Source: an uncultured Erysipelotrichaceae bacterium (GTDB taxonomy: Bacteria; Bacillota_I; Bacilli_A; Erysipelotrichales; Erysipelotrichaceae). From it: 32,000 nucleotides of DNA. Below, piece after piece: positions 16,843 through 27,246 of this stretch (position 1 is the first letter of the stretch; every line of letters begins with the position of its first letter). Both the position numbers and the translations under genes were made by a program. The stretch is taken from NCBI GenBank assembly GCA_942493105.1, contig OW818668.1:690001-722000 (forward strand), written 5' to 3'. The notes under the pieces are model-generated. The model was not told the origin of the DNA, ran no database searches, and was given only the letters and a program-made list of their open reading frames with translations.

Positions 16843-17640
16843 ATGAACCTATATCTTCAAGAAATTAAATCTTATCTAAAAACGATGTTGTTTTGGATCT
16901 TAGGGATCGTATTTATGGTTGGTGCCGGTATTGGTAAATATGAAGCTTTCTCTTCGGGAGGCAACATGGATATCGGACAACTTATAGAAACCTTACCTAA
17001 AGCTTTCTTAGCCATTTTTGGTTTAGCAAGGATCCCCATCGATAGTTTTGGGGGATTCTATGGGATGATCTATGCCTATGTGACCATCATGGGTGCTGTC
17101 TTTGCGATCATGATTGGATCAGGTATCCTAGCTAAAGAAGAACGCGATAAGACTGCTGAATTTTTAATGGTCAAACCTATCAGTCGTATGAAAATTCTAT
17201 TGGTAAAATTACTTGCCGCAACGACCCTCATGTTGGTGTTTGTAGCTGTTACGTGGGGCACATCAGCAGCCATCATCAATACGGTTTCACCCACAGATAC
17301 CATTTCTGCTGAACTTGCCTATATGATGATCGCAATGTTTCTGATCATGATGTTTTATCTCTCGATCTCATTTTTCATGGCTGCTTTCTTAAAAGATGCG
17401 AAGAAATCATCACAATTATCATTAACAGTCATGTTGACCAGTTATATGTTAGGTGTCATTATGGGCATCATTGATAACACTGACTTTTTAAGAATACTTG
17501 TGCCTTTCCAGTATTTCAGAGTGACTGAGCTCTTAGATCTTAACTTAAATATGTTTTATTTAGCGTTTACCATTGTGGTTAGTTTGATTGCGATTGCAGC
17601 GAGTGCTTACTATTATCCAAAACGAGATTTGATGATTTAA
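16843..17640 (+). CDS. ABC-2 type transporter permease (paralogue)
   Basis: 265 aa with the same length and hydropathy layout as the preceding gene. RBS taggagga. Confidence 0.8.
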   Translation: MNLYLQEIKSYLKTMLFWILGIVFMVGAGIGKYEAFSSGGNMDIGQLIETLPKAFLAIFGLARIPIDSFGGFYGMIYAYVTIMGAVFAIMIGSGILAKEERDKTAEFLMVKPISRMKILLVKLLAATTLMLVFVAVTWGTSAAIINTVSPTDTISAELAYMMIAMFLIMMFYLSISFFMAAFLKDAKKSSQLSLTVMLTSYMLGVIMGIIDNTDFLRILVPFQYFRVTELLDLNLNMFYLAFTIVVSLIAIAASAYYYPKRDLMI

Positions 17641-17643
17641 TCT

Positions 17644-17670
17644 AAGTGCACTGAAAAGTGCGCTTTTATT
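17644..17670 (+). terminator. rho-independent terminator after ABC operon
   Basis: aagtgcac-tgaaaa-gtgcgctt (one G-U pair) followed by TTATTT. Confidence 0.5.
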
Positions 17671-17752
17671 TAGAAATGAACCATCGTGTCTAGACAACAG
17701 CAGGTAAGTTTAATATACTTTGAGTATCTGGCATAAGCCACGGGGACGACGT

Positions 17753-18937
17753 ATGAAAAAGAAAATAATGTTTGCGTTCATTGTGAGTTTAGTGATTTTA
17801 AGTGCGTGTGCTAAAAAAGAACCTGCAATTGTTCAAAAAGTTACAGAGATTGAAGCAGGCAGCAACATTTCTTTAGAAGATTTAGTTACTGTTAATCCAA
17901 AAGTAGAAAGCGCTGAACCAAAAGGAACCATCGAAACTGTTATTCCTGGAACCTATGATGTTGTCGTTATCGTTAAAGAAAAAGATAAATCTGAAGAAAT
18001 AACCATAACCTATACCGTTGTGGATACGACTGCACCTGTCATATCTCAAAGTGAAATCCCCAAGGTAAAGAAAGATTCGGAGTTGGTATTTTCGGATTTT
18101 ATTTCAATCATCGATAATTCTGGGGAAGATTTATCAGCTCAGCTCAATGAAATCAAAGTAGATACTGCTCAAGCGGGAGATTTTGAAGCAAAATGCTCGA
18201 TTAAAGATTCAAGTGGTAATGTTGGGACCCTTTTGATTAAATATACCGTGATCGCGGATACCCCACCTATCGTTATCCAATACTATGTGCCGACCATCCC
18301 TCAAGGGTATTCAATGAAGCTTTCCGACTTCTTAGGAGTTGAGGATGACTCAGGCGAGGATTTTATTGAAGAGCTCAACGCAGTCAAAATGGATACGTCA
18401 ACCATCGGTAAACATGAGGTACTTTTTAAAGTCACAGATTCTGCTGGAAATGAAGGATCTTTGGTGTTTAAATATACCGTTGTTGCGCCGAATGTATTTG
18501 TTTCTGGGTTTACCTATAATGTCAGCTACATGCCCGATTACGGAAAGTTATGGGAGATTCAGGTTAAATTTAACGCCTTGTCTATTGTGGATAAAATTGG
18601 AAGTTTGGCTGATATTTCTGGGTATAAGTATGTAGTGATGGACCTAACAATTAAAAATACCAGTGATTACGCATTTAGTGAACGCATCTTTTATACCACA
18701 GAATTTTCTGAACCTGTTTATATCGCACGGGAAATCACTTTCTCTAATGGAGAAAAAATTGTAGTTAACCCTTTTGATATGATTTCAGTTGATTCTAAAA
18801 AGACCTTTGATAGAGTGTGGGATCCAGGAGAATCTTGGAGAGTGTATTACTATATCAGTGTTCCAGATGATAATGCTAAACTTAAATTCGAAATCAGTGT
18901 ACCGATTGGTTGTACAAAATTCTCCTATAAAAAATAG
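17753..18937 (+). CDS. Lipoprotein with three tandem Ig-like (DUF5011-type) repeats and a C-terminal DUF4352-like beta-sandwich
   Basis: MKKKIMFAFIVSLVILSAC carries a lipobox (LSAC). Three ~75-90-aa repeats each end in …YTV(V/I). The domain names are assigned from memory of sequence patterns. Confidence 0.8.
   Translation: MKKKIMFAFIVSLVILSACAKKEPAIVQKVTEIEAGSNISLEDLVTVNPKVESAEPKGTIETVIPGTYDVVVIVKEKDKSEEITITYTVVDTTAPVISQSEIPKVKKDSELVFSDFISIIDNSGEDLSAQLNEIKVDTAQAGDFEAKCSIKDSSGNVGTLLIKYTVIADTPPIVIQYYVPTIPQGYSMKLSDFLGVEDDSGEDFIEELNAVKMDTSTIGKHEVLFKVTDSAGNEGSLVFKYTVVAPNVFVSGFTYNVSYMPDYGKLWEIQVKFNALSIVDKIGSLADISGYKYVVMDLTIKNTSDYAFSERIFYTTEFSEPVYIAREITFSNGEKIVVNPFDMISVDSKKTFDRVWDPGESWRVYYYISVPDDNAKLKFEISVPIGCTKFSYKK
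17850..18490 (+). repeat. Three tandem intragenic domain repeats in the lipoprotein gene
   Basis: SDFISIIDNSGEDLSAQLNEIKVDTAQAGDFEAKCSIKDSSGNVGTLLIKYTVI aligns with SDFLGVEDDSGEDFIEELNAVKMDTSTIGKHEVLFKVTDSAGNEGSLVFKYTVV. There is also a more divergent first copy ending ITITYTVV. Confidence 0.7.
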
Positions 18938-19072
18938 AAAATTATCTATCTTTCAGCTTGATTTCAGAAAAAAATTAAACATTAACTTTAATTAATAATG
19001 ATAAAGTGATGAGCATATCACATGTATCAAAGCAGAACCCACAATAAACTTCACCCAATATTTGTCTTTAAC

Positions 19073-19100
19073 TTGACAACTGGTGTGGTTTATTTATAAT
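19073..19100 (+). promoter_or_regulatory. Near-consensus sigma-A promoter for the ywiB-argS operon
   Basis: TTGACA (19073-19078), a 16-nt spacer, then TATAAT (19095-19100), 23 nt upstream of the ATG at 19124. Confidence 0.65.
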
Positions 19101-19123
19101 GCTTACAGGTAAAAGGTTAACCA

Positions 19124-19519
19124 ATGAGTAGTCACTCAGTTATTCTTCATATTCAAATTATCGATCATCTTGATCGTGACACAACGCAGTCTTATGATCT
19201 TTCAGCTATTAGTCAACCCCAACCACGAATGTTAAGGTACATTGAAAATGACAAAACGACTCATGTGGAGTTGATAATCAACCCAGATGAACTCATCCTT
19301 AAACGGTCTGGACAGTGGCAAACACAACTCATTTTTAAACCTTCTTCAGTTGGATCCTTCAGCGTCGTTAGTGAACAAGGTGAGATGCGAGGAGAAGTCA
19401 AGATTCTTAAACATCACATCGATGAATCAAATATTTCTATTACATATAAACTGATCATGGATGATTCTGTGATCACTTATCAAACATTGACATATACCAT
19501 GAAGGGGGCACAAGCATGA
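19124..19519 (+). CDS. DUF1934 family protein (YwiB-like)
   Basis: 131-aa beta-rich protein directly upstream of argS with an ATGA overlap. This is the same arrangement as ywiB-argS in Bacillus, from memory. Confidence 0.7.
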   Translation: MSSHSVILHIQIIDHLDRDTTQSYDLSAISQPQPRMLRYIENDKTTHVELIINPDELILKRSGQWQTQLIFKPSSVGSFSVVSEQGEMRGEVKILKHHIDESNISITYKLIMDDSVITYQTLTYTMKGAQA

Positions 19520-21156
19520 ACATGATTGAACAAGCTTTAAAGACAGAGCTTCAGCATGCGGTAAAACAAGCTTTCTTATTGGATCTACCCTTTGAAGACA
19601 TCATCATAGAAGTCCCTAAGCTTAAAGAACACGGCGATTATTCTACCAATCTTGCGATGAGACTGGTCAAAATCATAAAAGGAAATCCAAGAGCGTTGGC
19701 TCAAACTTTGATCGATGCGATCGATTTTAAAGTTGCTGGAATTAAAAGTGCAGAGATCGCAGGCGCAGGTTTTGTGAACTTTAAAATGGATGAGTTGTTT
19801 CTATCTAAGTTTATTGGATTGATCCTTGAAGCTGATATCTCTTATGGACAAACCATTCAAGATAATCCACTTTGGTACAACATAGAATATGTATCTGCTA
19901 ATCCAACCGGAGATCTTCATCCTGGACATGCCCGTGGTGCAGCCATCGGTGATTCTTTAACACGGATCATGAGTAAAGCTGGCTATAAAGTCACGCGTGA
20001 GTACTATTTAAACGACGCAGGCAATCAAATCAACAATATGGCACGTTCATTACAGGCTCGTTATCTACAAGCTTGTGGAGTCAACGCTGAGCTTCCTGAA
20101 GATGGTTACCATGGTAAAGATCTGATTGAAATTGCGGCTGATCTAAAAAGTAAAGTCCAAGAAAGCTATAAAGACTTGCCTTTAGATGAAAGTTTAACTC
20201 TGTTTAGGAACTTTGGATTAGAAGCCGAAACCAATAAATTAAAGGAAGACCTAAAGAAGTTTAGAGTCGAGTTTGATGTCTGGACTTCTGAACAATCGCT
20301 CTATGATCAAGGACTTGTTAAAAAAACACTTGACACCCTTATCTCTAACGGGCATACTTACACTTCAGAAGGGGCTTTATTCTTAAGAACCACTGATTAT
20401 GAAGATGATAAAGATCGGGTCATAATCAGGTCTGATGGCTCTTATACGTATATCCTTCCTGACATTGCGTATCACCTCAATAAGAAACAAAGAGGTTACG
20501 ATAAATTGGTGAATCTGCTGGGGGCAGACCATCATGGGTATATTGCCCGTCTTCAAGCGGCTTTCCAAGCGCTTGGTTATCAAAAAGAAGATCTTAGCGT
20601 CGACATCATCCAGATGGCCCGCATGATCAAAGACGGCGAAGAATTTAAACTGAGTAAACGGACAGGCAAAGCTGTGGCCCTTAAAGATCTGATCGATGAG
20701 GCCGGTGTGGATGCCTTACGGTATTACTTTGTTTCTCGTGCCAGTGATACGCATATGGATCTTGATTTGGATATGGCTGCAAAGCAATCCAGTGAAAATC
20801 CTGTCTATTATGCGCAGTATGCGCATGCTCGGATGTGTTCGATCCTTAGACAAGGAGAATGGACCATCCCTTCATCCTTTGAATGTATTACCCATGTGAA
20901 AGAAATCGATTTGATCAAACTCATGGCAGATTTCCCCCAAATGATCTCGGAATGTGCATTAAGCAGAGCCCCGCATAAAGTATGTTTATACATACAAAAA
21001 CTGGCTACTGCTTTCCATGCCTTCTATTCCGAATGTGTTGTCCTTAAAGAAGAAGAACCTTTAAGATCTCAAAGACTGGCTTTGGTGAAAGCTACCCAGA
21101 TCACTTTGAGAAACGCTCTAGACTTAATTGGCGTTGAAGCTTTAGAAAAAATGTAG
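19516..21156 (+). CDS. argS: Arginine--tRNA ligase
   Basis: SANPTGDLHPGHARGA (HIGH region) and a C-terminal DALR-type domain (NPVYYAQYAHAR). 546 aa. Confidence 0.95.
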   Translation: MNMIEQALKTELQHAVKQAFLLDLPFEDIIIEVPKLKEHGDYSTNLAMRLVKIIKGNPRALAQTLIDAIDFKVAGIKSAEIAGAGFVNFKMDELFLSKFIGLILEADISYGQTIQDNPLWYNIEYVSANPTGDLHPGHARGAAIGDSLTRIMSKAGYKVTREYYLNDAGNQINNMARSLQARYLQACGVNAELPEDGYHGKDLIEIAADLKSKVQESYKDLPLDESLTLFRNFGLEAETNKLKEDLKKFRVEFDVWTSEQSLYDQGLVKKTLDTLISNGHTYTSEGALFLRTTDYEDDKDRVIIRSDGSYTYILPDIAYHLNKKQRGYDKLVNLLGADHHGYIARLQAAFQALGYQKEDLSVDIIQMARMIKDGEEFKLSKRTGKAVALKDLIDEAGVDALRYYFVSRASDTHMDLDLDMAAKQSSENPVYYAQYAHARMCSILRQGEWTIPSSFECITHVKEIDLIKLMADFPQMISECALSRAPHKVCLYIQKLATAFHAFYSECVVLKEEEPLRSQRLALVKATQITLRNALDLIGVEALEKM

Positions 21157-21164
21157 GAGGGTTC

Positions 21165-21524
21165 ATGACCAGTCGATCAATGTGTGATGTTGCATATGAA
21201 ATTCTGTCGAGCAATACTAAAGAAATAGCGTTTGTTCAGCTATGGAACGATGTCGTTCAGCAGATGGGATTTACGCCTTCTCAAGCAGAAAACAAGATTG
21301 CACAGTTTTACTCAGCACTTATGCTGGATGTACGATTTGCACCGCTTGAAGGCAATGTATGGGATCTAAGGACCAGAAGGACCTATCATGAAGTCCATGT
21401 GGATACCTCTAAGATCATTATCGAAGAAGATTTTGGTTCTTCAGAAGACGATGAAGATTATATCGTCAATGAAGATGAGGTTGATTTCGATAAATCTAAA
21501 AAAGAACAAGAGGATGATGAATAA
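21165..21524 (+). CDS. rpoE: RNA polymerase delta subunit
   Basis: N-terminal HARE-HTH-like domain (AYEIL…FVQLWNDV…FYSALMLDVRF) and an acidic tail (SSEDDEDY…EQEDDE). Adjacent to pyrG as in Bacillus. Confidence 0.85.
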   Translation: MTSRSMCDVAYEILSSNTKEIAFVQLWNDVVQQMGFTPSQAENKIAQFYSALMLDVRFAPLEGNVWDLRTRRTYHEVHVDTSKIIIEEDFGSSEDDEDYIVNEDEVDFDKSKKEQEDDE

Positions 21525-21542
21525 AGGGCACTGCCCTTTTTT
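21523..21542 (+). terminator. rho-independent terminator after rpoE
   Basis: aaagggc-act-gcccttt followed by a T run. Confidence 0.7.
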
Positions 21543-21623
21543 CGTATAAGGCATACTTAAGAAAGAATTTCAGTTTAATTCAGCCATAAAACCATCTTTC
21601 ACAAAACTCACATAATTTTAAGT

Positions 21624-21652
21624 TTGAACAGACTGCATTCATAGTGTAAAAT
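21624..21652 (+). promoter_or_regulatory. pyrG promoter
   Basis: TTGAAC (21624-21629), a 17-nt spacer, then TAAAAT (21647-21652). A GGGC lies 7 nt downstream at 21659-21662. Confidence 0.6.
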
Positions 21653-21658
21653 AATAAA

Positions 21659-21699
21659 GGGCAGATGCCTCCATAAGATTTGGGGCATCTTTTATTTTT
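21659..21699 (+). promoter_or_regulatory. pyrG leader attenuator (GGGC initial transcribed sequence plus intrinsic terminator)
   Basis: GGGC at the predicted start. 9-bp hairpin agatgcctc (21663-21671) / ggggcatct (21682-21690) followed by TTTATTTTT. The 5' arm contains the pyrimidine tract CCUCC. Confidence 0.6.
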
Positions 21700-21718
21700 A
21701 TCCCACGAGAGGAGATGA

Positions 21719-23335
<1,617 letters not shown>

Positions 23336-23343
23336 TTTAAAAC

Positions 23344-23373
23344 AATGTAATGTGTTCGCACATTACATTTTTA
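23344..23373 (+). terminator. rho-independent terminator after pyrG
   Basis: 11-bp perfect stem aatgtaatgtg-ttcg-cacattacatt followed by TTTT. Confidence 0.8.
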
Positions 23374-23396
23374 AACTATAATAGGGAAGAGGTCTT

Positions 23397-23975
23397 ATGA
23401 ATCAAAAAACACTGAATCGACTTATTGTTGCCCTAAGTGCCTGTTTGATCAGCCTTGCTTTTACGCTGATCAATACCACCATGATTACTAAAGAACAGGT
23501 CCTGTTATTGTTACTGATCAACCTACTCAGCGTTATCGCTGATGCGGTTATAATGATTGCTTTTTACTTTGCCATACAGGCGATATTCCCCCACAAGACG
23601 ACTGTTTCTGTTCTTATCTCAGCGTTGGGTGTCGTAGTTATATTGCCCCTTTGGTATGGCTTTAAACTCTTTATATTTGAAGGTGATTTTAATCTAGGCG
23701 TTATTTTTAATTCTTTGTATGTATTGTATATCAATAATTTCCTAGAGAAAATCGTTAAGGGAATCACGACCTATTTTGGCGTTACTTTGTTTAATGCGCC
23801 AGATGTTGTGAATCAATTCTTCACGTTCTTTTTGAAAATTACGACAGATATCGTTAATTTCTTATTGATTCCTATTTTGCCAATCATACTTGCGATACGC
23901 GATGCCATTGTTGGTAATGAAGAATACCAGTTCAACAATGAAAGCATTGAGAAAAAACATGATCCAGAAGTTTGA
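23397..23975 (+). CDS. Hypothetical polytopic membrane protein
   Basis: 192 aa with about 5 hydrophobic segments. RBS gggaagagg. I recognise no family. Confidence 0.7.
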   Translation: MNQKTLNRLIVALSACLISLAFTLINTTMITKEQVLLLLLINLLSVIADAVIMIAFYFAIQAIFPHKTTVSVLISALGVVVILPLWYGFKLFIFEGDFNLGVIFNSLYVLYINNFLEKIVKGITTYFGVTLFNAPDVVNQFFTFFLKITTDIVNFLLIPILPIILAIRDAIVGNEEYQFNNESIEKKHDPEV

Positions 23976-24420
23976 AATGGCTGGTTATTTTGCCGAAACC
24001 ATCAAACTAAAACGCAGTCAAAAAGGTTTTCTAGAAAAAATTGGTTTTAAAATCACATCATTTAATCTCAACGATAAAGATCATGTATTATCACTCAAGA
24101 TATCTGTTGCCTTGGAGTTTGATGATGTGAAAGACAATCAAGTAGACTATATGATTGGATATGTTCTTACAGATCTTGTGTTACAACATGAGATCTTAGC
24201 TTGTATCCAAGACAAGTCTCTTCATGAAAATAGTCAAATCAATGAGATGGTCAGCCAAATGGCTGTTGTGGCATATCCGTTTATTAGAGCTCATTTATTC
24301 AACTTGACCTTAGATAATCGACATCCTATACAATTGCCTTTATTTGATCTTGGGACATTGACTTTAAAGAACGGACTAGATTTTAAACAAAAGAAGCCAG
24401 ATTTTACAAAAATTAATTAA
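23959..24420 (+). CDS. Hypothetical protein, possible SecB-like/DUF1149-like fold (start uncertain: 23938, 23959 or 23977)
   Basis: The ORF overlaps the end of the upstream membrane gene. The C-terminal segment VVAYPFIRAHLFNLTLDNRHPIQLPLFDLGTL resembles the SecB motif LFPYARE…FP.L.L.PVNF. All candidate starts have weak RBS. Confidence 0.55.
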   Translation: MIQKFEMAGYFAETIKLKRSQKGFLEKIGFKITSFNLNDKDHVLSLKISVALEFDDVKDNQVDYMIGYVLTDLVLQHEILACIQDKSLHENSQINEMVSQMAVVAYPFIRAHLFNLTLDNRHPIQLPLFDLGTLTLKNGLDFKQKKPDFTKIN

Positions 24421-24495
24421 AAAACACAAATTTGTCATATTTAACTTGTAATGTAGGTCTTGTAAGAAAGCTTACAGAAGGATGGTACCCGACAT

Positions 24496-24777
24496 ATGAT
24501 GTTTAATAATTTGCGCGACGGTTTCAGACCGGACTATTTCTCAGGATCCATGTGGATCGTGATGGTCTTGAAGATCGTTTGGGTTGTAGCAGTCATCTTG
24601 TTTATCATTTGGGTCGTAAAGAGTTTGATCAAAGCCAACAAAATAACGGAAGCCAGAGAAGTTAAAGTCATTGATACACATTCAAGTGTTGATGCCTTAA
24701 GAATCGTTAAAGAACGTTATGCTAAAGGTGAGATTACGAAAGAACAATACGATCAATATCTACTAGATTTGAAATAA
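24496..24777 (+). CDS. Membrane protein with C-terminal SHOCT domain
   Basis: One TM helix (MWIVMVLKIVWVVAVILFIIWVV) and a C-terminal RYAKGEITKEQYDQYLLDLK (SHOCT pattern). Confidence 0.7.
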   Translation: MMFNNLRDGFRPDYFSGSMWIVMVLKIVWVVAVILFIIWVVKSLIKANKITEAREVKVIDTHSSVDALRIVKERYAKGEITKEQYDQYLLDLK

Positions 24778-24784
24778 AGAAAGT

Positions 24785-24812
24785 GAACGCTGTTAATCAG
24801 CGTTCTTTTTTT
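24785..24812 (+). terminator. rho-independent terminator
   Basis: gaacgctg-ttaat-cagcgttc followed by TTTTTTT. Confidence 0.85.
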
Positions 24813-24923
24813 GGTTATTTGTTATAATAGAACTACCACAGGTGAGCTTTGTTTGATTTATTCACTGAATTGATCAAACAAGACTTCTTATTTCTGTGTC
24901 TTAAACTAAAGAAAAGGGTAACT

Positions 24924-26186
24924 ATGCAAGAAGTACTTAAAATCGAAGGAAAACATCTATTAAATGGCACAGTCAAAATAAGCGGTTCTAAAAATGCAAC
25001 TGTAGCATTGATTCCTGCAGCGATCTTAGCGGACGGTCCAGTCACGATTTGGGGTGTTCCTAATATATCAGACGTTGGATATTTGGGTGAGTTGTTAGAA
25101 GTCCTAAATGTTCGCTTTAAACAAGTTGCAGATGATCAACTTGTTATCGATCCAACAAACATTCAAAACATTACCCTGGATCATGCAGCTGTAACTAAAC
25201 TTAGAGCCTCTTATTATTTCATGGGTGCTTTATTGGGCCGTTTTAAAAGTGTATCGATTAAAATGCCTGGAGGATGTTACTTAGGACCTCGGCCGATCGA
25301 TCTTCATCTCAAGGGATTTGAAGCCTTAGGAGCCACGATTGAGTTTAGACAGGGAACATATCATATCAATGCCCAACAATTGATAGGAGCTAAGATTTAC
25401 CTGGATATCGCATCTGTAGGGGCTACCATTAATATTATGATGGCTTCAATACATGCATTAGGTAGAACCATTATAGAAAATGCTGCTAAAGAACCTGAAA
25501 TCATAGACGTTGCGAATATGCTCAATAAGATGGGGGCTCAGATTCGTGGTGCTGGAACCAATGTCATCACCATCGATGGGGTCAATGCCTTACATGGTTG
25601 TCAGCATGAAATCATTCCTGATCGTATCGAAGCAGGTACTTTCATTATTATGGCTGCAGCAGCTGCCCAAGAAGTCACCATCGAAAACATCATTCCTCAG
25701 CATTTGGAATCCTTATTATCAAAACTTGAAGAAATGGGAGTCAGTATCGACTATTCATTTGATAAAGTAACGATAAGAAGGGCTGAGCATTTAAAGCCTG
25801 TCGACATCAAAACCTTAAGTTATCCTGGCTTTGCGACAGATCTGCAACAACCTATTACCCCCTTATTAACTCAAGCAGAGGGCAAATCCGTCATCAAGGA
25901 AACGATCTACGTTGAACGTTTCAAACACTGTTTAGAACTTCAAAGAATGGGTGCCAATATTGATTTGGTCCCAGCTCAAGCAACCATAAACGGATCTACT
26001 CAACTCTATGGAGATAAAGTCATCGCAACCGATCTCAGATGCGGAGCTGCTTTGGTTATCGCAGGCTTGATCGCAGAAGGAATCACAGAAATACACGATG
26101 TCTATCATATCGATCGTGGCTACGATAATATCGATGCCAAGCTAAAATCTTTAGGCGCAAACATTTGGCGAGAAACAATTGAATAA
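24924..26186 (+). CDS. murA: UDP-N-acetylglucosamine 1-carboxyvinyltransferase
   Basis: [26 protein letters not shown]-terminus and active-site loop [16 protein letters not shown] prefer ATG 24924 over the longer track ORF. Confidence 0.9.
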   Translation: MQEVLKIEGKHLLNGTVKISGSKNATVALIPAAILADGPVTIWGVPNISDVGYLGELLEVLNVRFKQVADDQLVIDPTNIQNITLDHAAVTKLRASYYFMGALLGRFKSVSIKMPGGCYLGPRPIDLHLKGFEALGATIEFRQGTYHINAQQLIGAKIYLDIASVGATINIMMASIHALGRTIIENAAKEPEIIDVANMLNKMGAQIRGAGTNVITIDGVNALHGCQHEIIPDRIEAGTFIIMAAAAAQEVTIENIIPQHLESLLSKLEEMGVSIDYSFDKVTIRRAEHLKPVDIKTLSYPGFATDLQQPITPLLTQAEGKSVIKETIYVERFKHCLELQRMGANIDLVPAQATINGSTQLYGDKVIATDLRCGAALVIAGLIAEGITEIHDVYHIDRGYDNIDAKLKSLGANIWRETIE

Positions 26187-26207
26187 TTAAAAAGCCTGTG
26201 GTATTAT
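26179..26207 (+). promoter_or_regulatory. rpmE promoter
   Basis: TTGAAT (26179-26184), a 17-nt spacer, then TGgTATTAT (extended -10; hexamer at 26202-26207). Confidence 0.5.
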
Positions 26208-26258
26208 AAACACGCACTTACTTTGAATCTCATGGATTCAAGGCGGAAGGAGATCTGT

Positions 26259-26477
26259 ATGAAACAAGGAATTCACCCAAAATTCAACACAGTTAAAGTC
26301 CATTGCACAGCCTGCGGCGCGGAATTTGAATCCGGCTCAACTCTGAAAGACATCAAAGTTGATACCTGTTCAAATTGTCATCCGTTCTACACTGGCCGTC
26401 AACGCTTTGCTGCTGCTCAGGGTCGCGTTGAAAAGTTCAACCGTAAATACAACATCAAATCAGAAGAACAAAACTAA
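26259..26477 (+). CDS. rpmE: 50S ribosomal protein L31 (Zn-ribbon, type A)
   Basis: [14 protein letters not shown]…[13 protein letters not shown] ggaaggag. Confidence 0.95.
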   Translation: MKQGIHPKFNTVKVHCTACGAEFESGSTLKDIKVDTCSNCHPFYTGRQRFAAAQGRVEKFNRKYNIKSEEQN

Positions 26478-26500
26478 GCACTTCAAAAAGTGCTTTTTTT
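26476..26500 (+). terminator. rho-independent terminator after rpmE
   Basis: aagcactt-caaa-aagtgctt followed by TTTTT. Confidence 0.8.
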
Positions 26501-26526
26501 ATTCTTTTGAATCTTAGTGAGTCAAG

Positions 26527-26555
26527 TCGATAAGCAAGGTTCATTATGATACAAT
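26527..26555 (+). promoter_or_regulatory. tdk promoter
   Basis: TCGATA (26527-26532), a 17-nt spacer, then TGaTACAAT (hexamer at 26550-26555). Confidence 0.45.
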
Positions 26556-26579
26556 ATAAACGTTAAAGAGGGCCAAATC

Positions 26580-27176
26580 ATGATGTATCAAATGTATAGA
26601 CCCGGCTATATCGAGGTCATTTCAGGCTGTATGTTTGCCGGTAAAACTGAAGAACTGATTCGTAGAATCAAAGTTCTGGAATTCGCTAAAAAGAATGTGC
26701 TTGTTTTTAAGCCAGCACTAGATAACCGTTACAGTGATACCAAAGTCGTTTCTCATGGCGGATCTTCCGTCGATAGTATCGTGGTTGAGAATGCACGTGC
26801 CATCTTAGATTTTGTGAGAGATGATACAGATGTCGTTGCGATAGACGAAGTTCAATTCTTTGATGCGGAATTGATGATGGTGTGTGATTACTTAGCTAAA
26901 AAAGGTGTGCGTGTCATGGCAGCCGGTTTAGATACCAATTTTAAAGCCGAGCCCTTTGGAATTATGCCAAACTTAATCACGGATGCAGAATTCATCACAA
27001 AGTTGACTGCAGTTTGTATGAAATGCGGAGCACCTGCCACCAGAACACAACGTTTGGTCAATGGAAAACCTGCTTCTTATTTTGATCCCATCATTTTGGT
27101 TGGAGCATCAGAATCTTATGAAGCAAGATGCAGACATTGTCACGAAGTATTAGATAAACCAGAAATCAAGCGATAG
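26580..27176 (+). CDS. tdk: Thymidine kinase
   Basis: P-loop GCMFAGKTEEL, DEVQFF, and Zn-binding CMKCG…CRHCH. Confidence 0.95.
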   Translation: MMYQMYRPGYIEVISGCMFAGKTEELIRRIKVLEFAKKNVLVFKPALDNRYSDTKVVSHGGSSVDSIVVENARAILDFVRDDTDVVAIDEVQFFDAELMMVCDYLAKKGVRVMAAGLDTNFKAEPFGIMPNLITDAEFITKLTAVCMKCGAPATRTQRLVNGKPASYFDPIILVGASESYEARCRHCHEVLDKPEIKR

Positions 27177-27204
27177 CTTCGCTTTTTCACAGTAGACCAT
27201 TCAA

Positions 27205-27232
27205 GTAACCTATTTTAGGTTGCTTTCTTTTT
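27205..27232 (+). terminator. rho-independent terminator after tdk
   Basis: gtaacct-atttt-aggttgc (one G-U pair) followed by TTTCTTTTT. Confidence 0.55.
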
Positions 27233-27246
27233 GAAGGAGGAAAAAT

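Noticed and set aside
18938-19123. A T-box or other riboswitch upstream of ywiB-argS.
   Set aside because: The near-consensus promoter at 19073-19100 leaves a leader of only about 20 nt. No specifier or T-box sequence or long structured leader is visible.
27168-27187. A short hairpin aagcga-tagct-tcgctt overlapping the tdk stop, as a possible terminator.
   Set aside because: The stem is only 6 bp. The downstream hairpin at 27205-27232, with a longer U tract, is the more credible terminator.
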